Source: a virus. From it: a DNA stretch of 40,561 bases. Of this stretch, positions 17,325 to 27,935 are shown one piece after another (position 1 is the stretch's first letter; each line of letters opens with the position of its first letter). A model generated the notes under the pieces. It did not search any database. It saw nothing but the letters and a program-made list of their open reading frames with translations, and was not told the DNA's origin. The stretch lies in the UHGV virus genome UHGV-0150809; one strand, 5' to 3'. Both the position numbers and the translations under genes were made by a program.

Positions 17325-18317
17325 ATGACAATGGCTGTTAAAGGCTTAACTGCGCTAACGCTGGCTGACTGGGGTAAGCGCGTCGATCCAAACGGGAAAG
17401 TCGATAAGATTATCGAGCTTCTCGGTCAAACTAACCCGATCCTTCAGGATATGCCTTTTGTCGAAGGGAACCTTCCTACCGGACACCGAACCACCATTCG
17501 TTCTGGTTTACCTTCAGCTACCTGGCGTTTGCTGAACTATGGCGTACAGCCAAGCAAATCAACCACAGTGCAGGTAACCGATTCCGTTGGCATGCTGGAA
17601 ACCTATGCTGAAGTCGATAAGTCACTGGCTGATCTGAACGGCAATACCGCCGAATTCCGCCTGTCTGAAGACCGCGCATTTATTGAAGCGATGAATCAGC
17701 AGATGGCGCAGACGCTGTTTTATGGTGATTCCAGCGTTAACCCTCAGCAGTTTATGGGACTGTCCTCCCGCTATTCCAGCCTGTCTGCAGGTAATGCTCA
17801 GAACATCATTGATGCTGGTGGCACGGGCACAGATAACACCTCAATCTGGTTAGTGGTGTGGGGCGAAAACACCGTGCATGGCATCTTCCCGAAAGGGCAG
17901 AAGGCTGGCATTCAGATGGAAGATAAAGGCCAGGTGACACTGGAAGATGCTAATGGCGGCAAGTACGAAGGCTACCGTACCCATTACAAATGGGACAACG
18001 GACTTGCTCTGCGTGACTGGCGTTATGTTGTTCGCATTGCAAACATCGATGTCAGCAATCTTTCAGAACCTTCCTCTGCCGCAAATATTGCGAAGTTGAT
18101 GGTTAAAGCACTGCATCGCATTCCAAACCGTGGCATGGGTCGCCCGGTGTTCTACATGAACCGCACTGTAGGCCAGGCTCTTGATCTGCAGTCTCTGGAG
18201 AAAACATCTCTGGCGATTAGCGTAAAAGAGACTGAAGGCGAGTGGTGGACGTCATTCCGTGGTGTACCAATCCGTGAAACTGATGCGCTTCTGGAAACAG
18301 AAGCCCGCGTGGTGTAA
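17325..18317 (+). CDS. Major capsid protein
   Basis: 330 aa immediately after the scaffold gene; size and position typical; no specific family assigned. Confidence 0.65.
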   Translation: MTMAVKGLTALTLADWGKRVDPNGKVDKIIELLGQTNPILQDMPFVEGNLPTGHRTTIRSGLPSATWRLLNYGVQPSKSTTVQVTDSVGMLETYAEVDKSLADLNGNTAEFRLSEDRAFIEAMNQQMAQTLFYGDSSVNPQQFMGLSSRYSSLSAGNAQNIIDAGGTGTDNTSIWLVVWGENTVHGIFPKGQKAGIQMEDKGQVTLEDANGGKYEGYRTHYKWDNGLALRDWRYVVRIANIDVSNLSEPSSAANIAKLMVKALHRIPNRGMGRPVFYMNRTVGQALDLQSLEKTSLAISVKETEGEWWTSFRGVPIRETDALLETEARVV

Positions 18318-18368
18318 CGCCTGTTATTAACCTGTGGGTCGTAACAGACCCACTAATGGAGAAAGAAG

Positions 18369-18806
18369 ATGATCACCGACAAACTGTTGATGTTCTCCGA
18401 AGCTCAGGCGGTTACGAATACCGCGGCTTCTACTGACGTAATCGATCTCGGTCCAATTGATGGAAACCGTCGCGATATCGGTGTGGGTTACCCGCTTGAG
18501 TTTTGGGTGCTGGTTAACGAAGCCGCCACGGCAAGTGGTGAGGCAACTGTAAACATCCAGTTGCAGACGAGTGAGAATAACAGCTCTTGGACCACTATTT
18601 ATGATAGTGGTGCGTTGGCAAAGGCCACCCTGACAGCAGGTAAGCGAGTTGTTTCTGCAAAGGTGCCAGCCGGTGTTCAGCGATATCTGCGTGTTAACTA
18701 CTCCGTCGCAACTGGCCCACTAACGGCCGGCAAATTCACTGCGGGTATCAGTCTGGATGTTGATGCCAATACGCCGTACCCGATCCGCTCAAAAGTAACT
18801 GGTTAA
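18369..18806 (+). CDS. Virion protein (possible capsid decoration/minor capsid)
   Basis: 145-aa ORF with GGAG RBS directly after the capsid gene. Confidence 0.45.
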   Translation: MITDKLLMFSEAQAVTNTAASTDVIDLGPIDGNRRDIGVGYPLEFWVLVNEAATASGEATVNIQLQTSENNSSWTTIYDSGALAKATLTAGKRVVSAKVPAGVQRYLRVNYSVATGPLTAGKFTAGISLDVDANTPYPIRSKVTG

Positions 18807-18807
18807 G

Positions 18808-19152
18808 GTGATATCGATGTCAGGTGAGAAACCAAGATACCGCGTTCTGCGCCTCTCTCATATCCATAACACACTGTGGCCGGAGGGGGCAGAAATCGAA
18901 TACGAAGGTGAGCCTGGTAGCGCACTGGAACCTGTTAACGATGCAGCCAGACAGGCAAAAGCAAAGGTAGCAGGAAAGGTGTCTATGGCAGCAACCAGCA
19001 CCAAAATCATCAACGATGTGTCAGATGATGGTGAACTGGATAAGCTCCGTGAAGAGTACGAATTGCTCTTTAACGAGAAGCCACACCATAACGCTAAAGC
19101 CGAAACGCTCCGAGAGAAGATCGCAGATAAGCGTAAAGAACTGGGCGTGTAA
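18808..19152 (+). CDS. Hypothetical virion-module protein
   Basis: 114-aa ORF with AAGGTGA RBS. Confidence 0.45.
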   Translation: MISMSGEKPRYRVLRLSHIHNTLWPEGAEIEYEGEPGSALEPVNDAARQAKAKVAGKVSMAATSTKIINDVSDDGELDKLREEYELLFNEKPHHNAKAETLREKIADKRKELGV

Positions 19153-19168
19153 GCCTCGCGAATCCGAC

Positions 19169-19190
19169 AAGGGGCTTCGGCCCCTTTATT
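19169..19190 (+). terminator. Rho-independent terminator/attenuator within the structural operon
   Basis: GGGGC-ttcg-GCCCC hairpin followed by TTTATT. Confidence 0.5.
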
Positions 19191-19196
19191 GCAGGA

Positions 19197-19526
19197 GTGT
19201 ATATGGAACTCGTAAACCTCAAAACCGGCACTGACAGCTACCAGGATGAGAGCGGAGAAACCAGAACTCGCGATGAATACCCGTGGGAGCTGTGCATCAC
19301 TCTTAATAACGACACATTGAATAAGCTGAAGGCGCAACCTCAGGGCGTCGGAACAGAAGTGATGATAACTGCAAAGGCTGTTATTCGAGGCCTGTCTGCC
19401 AGAGAAACTGACGATGGTGTTAATCGCAGCGCCGATCTGCAGATCACTGATATGGCGATCGCTCCTGTTTCCAGGGATGTAGAAAAATCAGCGGCTGAAA
19501 CTCTGTACGGTAACGGAGGTGAGTGA
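19197..19526 (+). CDS. Hypothetical virion-module protein
   Basis: 109-aa ORF with AGGAG RBS. Confidence 0.45.
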   Translation: MYMELVNLKTGTDSYQDESGETRTRDEYPWELCITLNNDTLNKLKAQPQGVGTEVMITAKAVIRGLSARETDDGVNRSADLQITDMAIAPVSRDVEKSAAETLYGNGGE

Positions 19527-20131
19527 TGGCCTCTGTAGTAGAGATCTGTAATCGTGCGCTGTCCAATATTGGCAACAGCCGCAGTATTAACAGCCTGACG
19601 GAAGCCAGCAAGGAAGCGGGGGAATGTTCGCTGCACTTTGAGGCCTGCCGTGATGCTGTTCTTTCTGATTTTGACTGGAACTTTGCTACCAAACGCGTGG
19701 CGCTTGCAGATACGAGCAATCCACCGCCTGACTGGGAATATGCGTACCAGTACCCGTCCGATTGTCTGCGCATTACTGAAATTATGCTTCCTGGTGTACG
19801 CAATCCAACAGCAGCAATGCGCGTTCAGTACGAAGTTGGTGCAGACACCAACGGAACAGGAAAGTTGATCTACACAGACCAGCCGCAGGCATGGCTCAAG
19901 TATGTCTCTCGCGTTTCAGATGTGAACATGTTTGATGCCATTTTTATGGAGGCGTTGGCCTGGCGTCTTGCGGCAGCTATTAACATGGCGCTCACTGGGA
20001 ATGCAGACCTCGGTACGTTTGCCCTCAATATGTACAATCGCGTGATTCTTAGTGCTGGCTCGCATAGCCAGAATGAATCACAGGAACCACAGCCACCGGT
20101 TGACGAGTTTACCATTGCGAGGTTGTCCTGA
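19526..20131 (+). CDS. Tail tubular protein A (T7 gp11-like)
   Basis: About 200 aa; N-terminal CNRALSNIGNSRSINSL pattern resembles T7 gp11 (NDILASIGEPPVSTL); gene order as in T7; GGAGGT RBS. Confidence 0.55.
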   Translation: MASVVEICNRALSNIGNSRSINSLTEASKEAGECSLHFEACRDAVLSDFDWNFATKRVALADTSNPPPDWEYAYQYPSDCLRITEIMLPGVRNPTAAMRVQYEVGADTNGTGKLIYTDQPQAWLKYVSRVSDVNMFDAIFMEALAWRLAAAINMALTGNADLGTFALNMYNRVILSAGSHSQNESQEPQPPVDEFTIARLS

Positions 20132-22602
20132 TGGCTATCAGTTGGATCCAGCCCAGCTTTGCCGGTGGTGAGATTGGACCGTCGTTGTACGGTCGTATCG
20201 ACATGGCGAAGTACCAGGTGGCATTGCGCAAGTGCGATAACTTTATCGTGCGGCAGTATGGCGGCGTTGAGAATCGACCTGGTACGCGTTTTGTCGGTGC
20301 CGCCAAATACCCAAATCGGAAATGCCGCCTGATCCCGTTCCAGTTCTCGACGGTTCAGACTTATGCTCTGGAGTTCGGACACCAGTACATGCGCGTTATC
20401 AAAGATGGTGCGTTGGTGCTGAACAGCAGCAATGTTATTTATGAAATTGCCACGCCATATACTGAAGCCGATCTGTTCCGAATTAAATTCACGCAAAGCG
20501 CAGACGTGCTTACGCTGGTTCATCCGGCATACCCGCCGAAAGAGTTGCGCCGCTATGCGCATGACAACTGGCAACTGGTTGATGTGGTAACGAAGAACGG
20601 GCCATTTGAAGATATCAATATTGACGAGTCAGTGACGGTTTATGCCAGCGCCAGCACCGGGACAATTACGTTAACGGCAAGCGCCTCAATTTTTGGCGCG
20701 GAGCAGGTAGGCAAATTGTTCTATCTGGAACAGCCTGCAGTGGATTCTGTGCCGGTATGGGAAACCAGTAAGAGTACGTCGATTGGCGATATTCGCCGTG
20801 CAGACAGTAACTACTATCGCGCCGTTACAGCAGGCAAAACAGGCACTTTGCGCCCTTCGCATACAGAAGGCACATCATGGGATGGCTGGGGCGGATCCGG
20901 TGATGATGATACCGGCATTGAGTGGGAGTATCTGCACAGTGGTTTTGGCATTGCCCGTATCTCTGCTGCAAATGGAACTACTGCAACTGCCGAGGTGATT
21001 TCCTATATCCCTTCGCAGGTAGTTGGCGAGGATAATGCCAGCTATAAATGGGCTAAATATGCCTGGAACAGTATTAACGGTTATCCTGGCACTGTTGTTT
21101 ATTATCAACAACGCCTTTACTTCGCCGCATCGACTGCGTTCCCTCAGACTATCTGGGCCAGCCGTACCGGGGATTATAAGGATTTTGGCAAAAGCAATCC
21201 TACGCAGGATGACGACAGAATTATCTACACCTATGCCGGGCGTCAGGTTAATGAGATCCGTCACCTGATTGATGTTGGTTCGCTGGTGGCGCTGACTTCC
21301 GGAGGTGAGTACGTCATCACTGGCGACCAGAACAAAGTGCTTACCCCATCATCATTTGCATTCAGCTCTCAGGGATCAAATGGCTCGAGCAATGTCCCAC
21401 CAATTGCCGTGGCGAATATTGCTCTGTTCGTCCAGGAGAAAGGCAGTGTTGTCCGTGATCTGGCCTACTCATTCGATGTTGACGGCTATCAGGGGAACGA
21501 CCTGACCATCCTTGCCAATCATCTTTTTCAGAAGCACAGCATTGTTGACTGGTGCTTCTCGATTGTCCCTTACTCCAGCGCCTTCTGCATTCGTGATGAC
21601 GGTAAATTACTGGTGATGACCTATTTGCGTGATCAGCAGGTTTTTGCATGGGCACCACAATCCAGTACCGGAAAATATGAAAGCACATGCAGTATCAGCG
21701 AAGGCAATGAAGATGCGGTGTATTTCGTCGTTAACAGAACCGTTAACGGGCAAACAGTGAGATACATCGAGAGACTGTCCAGCCGTTTATTTACCAGCGA
21801 TGAAGATGCTTTCTTTGTTGATTCTGGCCTTAGCTATGATGGAAGAAATACGTCTGACAGAACGATGACCATCACTGGTGGTTCTGGTGAATGGGATTAC
21901 CGCGCGGAATATACAATCAGTGTTTCTGGTGGTGCGTACTTCACCAGTAGTGATGTTGGTGCGCAACTACAGTTCCCTTATACCGGAACTGATCCTGATA
22001 CTGGCGATGAAGTGTCAAAAGAATTACGTTGCGACATTATTTCTGTAACCAGCAATACCGCTGTAGTGGTTCGTGCTAACAGGAACGTCCCGCCATCCCT
22101 CAGGAATGCGGCCACCACGAACTGGCAGATGGCGCGCCGGACATTTGGAGGCATGTCTCATCTTGAAGGCCAGACCGTAAACATTCTCTCTGATGCGAAC
22201 GTGGAACCACAGAAAGTGGTTTCCGGAGGTGCCGTCACGCTGGAATCACCGGGGGCTGTTGTGCACATCGGCCTGCCAATAACTGCTGAATTCGAAACAC
22301 TGGATATCAACATTAGCGGACAGGAAACGCTGCTGGACAAAAAACAGGTGATCCCGTCCGTTACTCTGGTTGTGAATGCCAGTCGCGGCATCTGGGCGAC
22401 TACGCCCGGCGGTAAATGGTACGAATATCCACAGCGTGAATTCGAGTTCTACGATGATTCTGTTGATGATGCTACCGGAAAAGTAGAAGTGAAACTGGAC
22501 AGTAACTGGGGCAAAAACGGACGTGTAAGAATCCGTCAGCTTGACCCGTTGCCACTGTCTGTTCTTGCCGTTATTCCTCGCCTTACTGTTGGGGGATTCT
22601 GA
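20131..22602 (+). CDS. Tail tubular protein B (T7 gp12-like)
   Basis: 823 aa following the gp11-like gene; size and order consistent with T7 gp12. Confidence 0.6.
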   Translation: MAISWIQPSFAGGEIGPSLYGRIDMAKYQVALRKCDNFIVRQYGGVENRPGTRFVGAAKYPNRKCRLIPFQFSTVQTYALEFGHQYMRVIKDGALVLNSSNVIYEIATPYTEADLFRIKFTQSADVLTLVHPAYPPKELRRYAHDNWQLVDVVTKNGPFEDINIDESVTVYASASTGTITLTASASIFGAEQVGKLFYLEQPAVDSVPVWETSKSTSIGDIRRADSNYYRAVTAGKTGTLRPSHTEGTSWDGWGGSGDDDTGIEWEYLHSGFGIARISAANGTTATAEVISYIPSQVVGEDNASYKWAKYAWNSINGYPGTVVYYQQRLYFAASTAFPQTIWASRTGDYKDFGKSNPTQDDDRIIYTYAGRQVNEIRHLIDVGSLVALTSGGEYVITGDQNKVLTPSSFAFSSQGSNGSSNVPPIAVANIALFVQEKGSVVRDLAYSFDVDGYQGNDLTILANHLFQKHSIVDWCFSIVPYSSAFCIRDDGKLLVMTYLRDQQVFAWAPQSSTGKYESTCSISEGNEDAVYFVVNRTVNGQTVRYIERLSSRLFTSDEDAFFVDSGLSYDGRNTSDRTMTITGGSGEWDYRAEYTISVSGGAYFTSSDVGAQLQFPYTGTDPDTGDEVSKELRCDIISVTSNTAVVVRANRNVPPSLRNAATTNWQMARRTFGGMSHLEGQTVNILSDANVEPQKVVSGGAVTLESPGAVVHIGLPITAEFETLDINISGQETLLDKKQVIPSVTLVVNASRGIWATTPGGKWYEYPQREFEFYDDSVDDATGKVEVKLDSNWGKNGRVRIRQLDPLPLSVLAVIPRLTVGGF

Positions 22603-23066
22603 TGATCGATGTTCGAATTATTCCCGCTACCGAAGAGCATCTTCAGATGATTTTGCCGGATGTTCGTCAGGCTGATATTGACGAACTGTATGCGGTATCG
22701 CTGATGACTACCAAAGATGCGCTGCGCGTTGGTCTGCGCACTGCGACTATGGCCTGGTCAGGGTTCGCGAACGGAGAACTGGTAACCATGTTTGGTGTAT
22801 CTCCGGCGTCAATGATCGGTGGCAATGGTACGCCATGGCTGGTCGGAACCAGCCGTATTGAAAAATATCAGAAGACATTTCTTCGCCACTGCCGCCCTGT
22901 ATTGCAGCAGATGCTGGCAGTTTATCCGCGCCTGGAAAACTACGTCGACGAGCGAAACCATGTTGCCAAAGCATGGCTGCACTGGCTTGGATTCAGGCTT
23001 GAAGAAGCCGCGCCTTATGGTGCTCTTGGTCTTAATTTCCACAGATTTCACATGGAGAGAAAATAA
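22602..23066 (+). CDS. Internal virion protein (gp13-like position)
   Basis: 154-aa ORF coupled to the upstream stop; assigned by size and order only. Confidence 0.4.
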   Translation: MIDVRIIPATEEHLQMILPDVRQADIDELYAVSLMTTKDALRVGLRTATMAWSGFANGELVTMFGVSPASMIGGNGTPWLVGTSRIEKYQKTFLRHCRPVLQQMLAVYPRLENYVDERNHVAKAWLHWLGFRLEEAAPYGALGLNFHRFHMERK

Positions 23067-23605
23067 TGTGTAACCCAGCCATCGCTTTGGTTGCCGTCAC
23101 AGTGGCATCCACAGCCGCGTCAATGTACAGCCAGAGCAAGCAGGCAAAATACCAGTCAGCCATAGCTGATCGGAATGCTGAAATTGCTGAAGTTCAGGCA
23201 CAGGATTCAATCAATCGTGGGAATATTGAAGCGGATCAGCGTCGTCGTGAAATGCGTCAACGCTCAGGCACTGCGGCGGCCACTATGGGGGCTACCGGTG
23301 CGGAATTAAGTAGCGGAACAGCTCTTGACGTTTTTGCGGATAATGCTCAGTTCGGCACTCTTGATGCGTTAACGACAGTGAATAATGCTCAGCGTGAGGC
23401 ATATGGGTATCAGGTTCAGGGAATGAATGCTCAGGCACAGGGGGCTGCTGCTCAGTCGGCTGCTAAATCATCGATGACCAGCACTTTGTTAACGGCACCA
23501 CTAAAAGCATACGGTGCATACCAGATGGGCGGCGGAACGTGGAGCCCGTTCTCTCAGAAGGCTGCGCCGATTTCTGCTGCTGTTGGCACTCCAACCGGTC
23601 GATAA
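23066..23605 (+). CDS. Internal virion protein B-like (gp14 position)
   Basis: 179 aa, Ala/Gln-rich with an N-terminal hydrophobic segment; assigned by order. Confidence 0.45.
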   Translation: MCNPAIALVAVTVASTAASMYSQSKQAKYQSAIADRNAEIAEVQAQDSINRGNIEADQRRREMRQRSGTAAATMGATGAELSSGTALDVFADNAQFGTLDALTTVNNAQREAYGYQVQGMNAQAQGAAAQSAAKSSMTSTLLTAPLKAYGAYQMGGGTWSPFSQKAAPISAAVGTPTGR

Positions 23606-23617
23606 GGGGATAATAAG

Positions 23618-26131
23618 ATGCCAGTTGTACCAACAACATCGGGCCGTCAGGTTCAGAGCAGAGGGATTTCGACGCAGGGATTCTCATCGTTTCAGACACC
23701 AAATGTCGGTGATGTACTTGGCGATGTTGCAGAGCAATATGCAGGTATTATTGCGCAGGCAAAACAGCGCGCGAATGTTGCTATGGCTCAGGATGCTTCT
23801 CTTAGCTTAAGCCAGATAAGCAGCGATCTGCTGAATAACCCTGAAACAGGTTTGCTTAACCTGAAAGGGAAAAATGCTATTGGAAAAGGTCAGGAGTATA
23901 CGCAGCAGTTTGATGCTCAGGTCGAACAACTGGCTATGTCGCTGCCGGATGAACAGGCTCGTAATGCTTTCATGCAGCAGGCGCAGCAGCAGCGTATTCA
24001 GTTCACTACGCAGGCCGGGCGGCACGAGATAGGGCAAATAAATGCCTACGAAGAAGGTCAGTTTCAGGCTACGCTGCTGAACAATGGTAAAAATGCCGCA
24101 GCATTGTATGGCGACAACGCCGCATACGTATTGGCTAATAAGCAAACTTTCCAGCAAATTGAGGATTACGGCATTGCGCATGGCTGGAGCGACGAGCAAA
24201 TCCAGGCCAAGAAAATCGAGTTTAAAGAGAAGGTTGCTGATGCCGCATTGTCCCAGTGGTCGGCAAACAATGCGACCGCATTCATCCAAAGTAATGGCGA
24301 GTTAAGTGATACTGCTGCTGGAGCTCGCCGTGCTGTAGCCGATAGTGACTCTTCCGATCGTGCCCGTGGCATACGCAACAATAACCCAGGAAATCTCGAA
24401 TACAGCAAAACTAATCCGTGGGTAGGCCAGACCGGTGATGATGGTCGATTTGCTAAATTCGAAACACCTGAACACGGGATTCGTGCATTAGGGCGGAACC
24501 TGATGTCGTATCATAGGCAGGGTATTGATACCGTCAGCGAGATAATTAATCGCTGGGCACCGCCCACTGATAAAAATGACACTATGTCGTATATCAAAGC
24601 AGTGTGCGAACAACTTGGCGTTTCTGCTGATGAGCCTCTCGATGCATCAAATCCTGATACCCTGAAGGCGCTTTGTGCAGCCATTATCCATCATGAGAAC
24701 GGTAGCCATCCATACAGTGATCAGCAGTTAACTGCTGGTGTCAGTGCAGCACTTGGTTTATCAACAATTCCAACCAACACCAAACGCTATACCGGTAATG
24801 CAGCATTCGATGCGGCATCTTCTGAGGCGCAGGCAAGTTTTATGCGACAGGCGGATCAACTGCGTCGGCAGCAGCAGGATGAATATAAAACGATGATTGA
24901 CAGCCAGGTTCGCGATGCGACAGCTGCGTATATGCGTGGCGTTGAATTTCCTAACCCACCTGGTGAGGATGATTTTATTGCAGCTTATGGAGTCAGAGAA
25001 GGAAACCTGCGATATACCGAGTTTAAGAATACGCAGATCGCCGGACAGTATATAGGCTCTTTCCGCAACATGCCGACAAGCAGCATTACAGCATATGTTG
25101 AGCAATTACGCCCGGATACTGGTGAGACAGGGGAGGGTTATGCGTCTCGCGCAGCTCTTTATGACAACGTTGTTTCGGCTGCAAATCAGGTGATAAAGCA
25201 GCGGCAGTCGGATCCTGTGCAGTTCTCTCTTGCCTCCGGACAGGCAAAGCCTATCGACATGAGCAATAAGGATAACTTTGGACATAGCGTTGCCTTGCGT
25301 GCCGCTCAGGTCAGTGACCTTGCTAAGTCATATGGCACTCCACTGACGTTCTTTTCCAAAGACGAGGCCAATCAGATCGGTGTTTTCTTTCGTGATGCTC
25401 CAGTTTCTCAACAGGCAGCATATCTCGATACCATCAGGCAGAGCACTGGTGGTGGGCAGGTGTATATGTCAGCACTACAGCAGATCAGTGCCAACGCTCC
25501 ATCTGCTGCCGTTGCCGGGATACTGATGGACAAGCCTGGTGGTATTTTGGCAGAAAAAAACTGGTTTAATCCGGATGTTTCCGTGTCTCCTGAAACCGCT
25601 GCGCAGACAATTCTTGCTGGCGCGGCGGCTCGTAAAGGTACTGATGATGCGAAAGGTATTCCGATGCCTAAAGATGCTGATCTTCGCCTTGAGTTTTCTG
25701 ACATGGTGAAGGATGCATTTGCTGGTGATGCTCAGGGGGCATCAATGGCATACGAGATCGCAAAGGACTATTACGCTGGTGTGATGGCGAAAAAAGGCGT
25801 GATATCAGGCGAAATTGACACTGATATCTGGAAACAGGCTGTTAACGTAGCTACAGGTGGCGTGCATGACTATAACGGAATGGGGAATGTCCTTTTGCCG
25901 TGGGGAATGTCTGCAGAGCAATTCGATAAGCAGGTTAATCAGGCTTGGAATGAACAAGTTGTCGGCACCGGGATAAAAACACCGCCTGGTCAGTATGGTT
26001 TGCAAAGTTACGGCGATAGTCAGTACCTGGTGAAACTTGGTACTGGTTATCTGCTGAAAGATGATGGTTCTCCTGTTGTTCTTGATCTGACACAGAAGCG
26101 TCAGAGATTCTCCGGAGATATTCCGCAATGA
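23618..26131 (+). CDS. Internal core/ejection protein (gp15 position) with a possible cell-wall-active insert
   Basis: 837 aa; segment RGIRNNNPGNLEYSKTNPWVGQ...FAKFETPEHGIRA is enzyme-like; assigned by order. Confidence 0.5.
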   Translation: MPVVPTTSGRQVQSRGISTQGFSSFQTPNVGDVLGDVAEQYAGIIAQAKQRANVAMAQDASLSLSQISSDLLNNPETGLLNLKGKNAIGKGQEYTQQFDAQVEQLAMSLPDEQARNAFMQQAQQQRIQFTTQAGRHEIGQINAYEEGQFQATLLNNGKNAAALYGDNAAYVLANKQTFQQIEDYGIAHGWSDEQIQAKKIEFKEKVADAALSQWSANNATAFIQSNGELSDTAAGARRAVADSDSSDRARGIRNNNPGNLEYSKTNPWVGQTGDDGRFAKFETPEHGIRALGRNLMSYHRQGIDTVSEIINRWAPPTDKNDTMSYIKAVCEQLGVSADEPLDASNPDTLKALCAAIIHHENGSHPYSDQQLTAGVSAALGLSTIPTNTKRYTGNAAFDAASSEAQASFMRQADQLRRQQQDEYKTMIDSQVRDATAAYMRGVEFPNPPGEDDFIAAYGVREGNLRYTEFKNTQIAGQYIGSFRNMPTSSITAYVEQLRPDTGETGEGYASRAALYDNVVSAANQVIKQRQSDPVQFSLASGQAKPIDMSNKDNFGHSVALRAAQVSDLAKSYGTPLTFFSKDEANQIGVFFRDAPVSQQAAYLDTIRQSTGGGQVYMSALQQISANAPSAAVAGILMDKPGGILAEKNWFNPDVSVSPETAAQTILAGAAARKGTDDAKGIPMPKDADLRLEFSDMVKDAFAGDAQGASMAYEIAKDYYAGVMAKKGVISGEIDTDIWKQAVNVATGGVHDYNGMGNVLLPWGMSAEQFDKQVNQAWNEQVVGTGIKTPPGQYGLQSYGDSQYLVKLGTGYLLKDDGSPVVLDLTQKRQRFSGDIPQ

Positions 26132-27930
26132 GTTACTTTGGCCTTAATCCAGTAAACCAGAATCAGCAACTTGACGAAGCAGCATCAAATCCAGCGGGCT
26201 TTAACAGCGATGTTGGTTTTTTCGACAATGCTGTAGGAGCGGCATTGTCTGGTTTGTACTCCGGGCTGGTGGCAAAGCCAGATCAGTTGCTATGGGCTGG
26301 GATGGATAAAATCGTATCCCCGATTGCTCAGTTTATTAACGAAAACACCTCGCTCAATGATACTTCAGTTTCATACATTGCCGAGCAGAGAAAACTAGCA
26401 GAGCAGCAGGTTAAGCGGCTGACTCCTGATGCCGCGACAACCGGAACCGCCGGGCAGGTTCTTTATGGGTTGTTCGATATGGGCGGGCAGGCTGTTGTCG
26501 GTACAACGCTCGGTGGTCCTGTCGGAGGTGCAGCGGCGGTAACTTCGCTACAGGGTTTTTCTGAGTTTGAACGGCTGATAGCACAGGGTGTTGATTTCAG
26601 GACGGCGCAGGAAGCGGGATTAGTGCAGGGCATTACTGCTGGTGCCGGAACACTGATCCCTATGAGCCTCGGGTTACGTGCTGGTGGTGCGCTGGCGGAA
26701 GGTGTGGCGGCTCAGCTTGCGCGGACGGGTGAGAGTTCAGTGCGACGCGCCGCAGCAACAGCAGTACGTGCAACGCCAGATATTGCCTATGCCGCAGGTA
26801 CAAATATTGCGTTCGGTATGGCACAGCGTGGGCTTACTGCAAAAACGCTTCGTGATGGTGGCTATAGCGAAATGGCTAACCAGTATGATGTGTTGGATCG
26901 ACAGGCAATTGCTATTGATGCTGTTCTTGGGGTGGCGTTTGGTGGTGTCGGCAGATTTATTAACTCTCGCGGCGAGTCTACAAGCGCACCAAATTTTTCA
27001 CCAGTTGATATCGATGCTGCACTGGCGGCGAATGCCGCTCATCATGCTGAAATTGATATTGCTCCTGGCGTGCCGATCAACGTGCTTTCGCGTAATTCTC
27101 ACATTCAGGCTCTGCGAAAAGCCATGTCTGATGTTAGCCAGGGGAGACCTGTAGACGTTGCCAGCATTGTTGAGTCTGCATCTTTCAGTGAAATCCCTGG
27201 GCACAAGAGTCTGCTTTCTCAGGCAGTTAATGAGGCTCTGTCATCTGTAGATGATGGAAAAACGGCGCGCGCTATAGAAAATCGGTTGCTTGAAGAACAG
27301 GCCGCGCAGCTTTTGTCGCGTGGCGATAGACAGGTTTACCAGTCTGAAATCGCTAATAGCCAACGAATTATCGACAATCTCACTGAACAGCGCGCACAAA
27401 TTCTTGCAGAAGAGCCAACTGGTAGCGGTAAAGCTTTGTCTCGTGCTCGATCAGATAAACAGGCCAGAATTCGCGATATTGACCAACGAATCCGGCAGGC
27501 ACAAGAACGCCTGGAATTTTCCCGTAACGCGTTGGCACCGCATGAGCCTGGCGGTCAGTTTTTTGAAGCTCGAGCAGAACTGGCACGGAGACAGCAGGCT
27601 GAAAGTGAACTTAATGCTCAGGCTGTTTCATTCTATAAAACAGCAGAGGTCAGGACGCCAGACGAAGTAGCTCCTTTTGAGCCCGGTAAGATATTGCAAC
27701 AGACAGAACAAAAAATGATGGCAGATCCGGCAGGAGATATTGATCTGCGTATAGCTGAAGACTCGCTGCTTGAATCTCCGGACATGATAATCACCGTGCT
27801 GGATGATGATGGTAATCCACAATCGCGCAGTGCGCGTGAAGTACTGGATGAAGCGAACAGGGAAAGTGAGCAGGCAATACAGGATTCCAGCCTGTTTGAT
27901 GTTGCTGTGGCGTGTTTCTTGAGAGGTTAA
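26128..27930 (+). CDS. Internal core/ejection protein
   Basis: 600-aa ORF coupled to the upstream gene; Gly/Ala-rich N-terminus, coiled-coil C-terminus. Confidence 0.5.
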   Translation: MSYFGLNPVNQNQQLDEAASNPAGFNSDVGFFDNAVGAALSGLYSGLVAKPDQLLWAGMDKIVSPIAQFINENTSLNDTSVSYIAEQRKLAEQQVKRLTPDAATTGTAGQVLYGLFDMGGQAVVGTTLGGPVGGAAAVTSLQGFSEFERLIAQGVDFRTAQEAGLVQGITAGAGTLIPMSLGLRAGGALAEGVAAQLARTGESSVRRAAATAVRATPDIAYAAGTNIAFGMAQRGLTAKTLRDGGYSEMANQYDVLDRQAIAIDAVLGVAFGGVGRFINSRGESTSAPNFSPVDIDAALAANAAHHAEIDIAPGVPINVLSRNSHIQALRKAMSDVSQGRPVDVASIVESASFSEIPGHKSLLSQAVNEALSSVDDGKTARAIENRLLEEQAAQLLSRGDRQVYQSEIANSQRIIDNLTEQRAQILAEEPTGSGKALSRARSDKQARIRDIDQRIRQAQERLEFSRNALAPHEPGGQFFEARAELARRQQAESELNAQAVSFYKTAEVRTPDEVAPFEPGKILQQTEQKMMADPAGDIDLRIAEDSLLESPDMIITVLDDDGNPQSRSAREVLDEANRESEQAIQDSSLFDVAVACFLRG

Positions 27931-27935
27931 ATTAA

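Noticed and set aside
19870-20574. 234-aa minus-strand ORF overlapping the tail tube A/B genes
   Set aside because: Antisense to the coupled structural genes; no start context; composition typical of a spurious frame.
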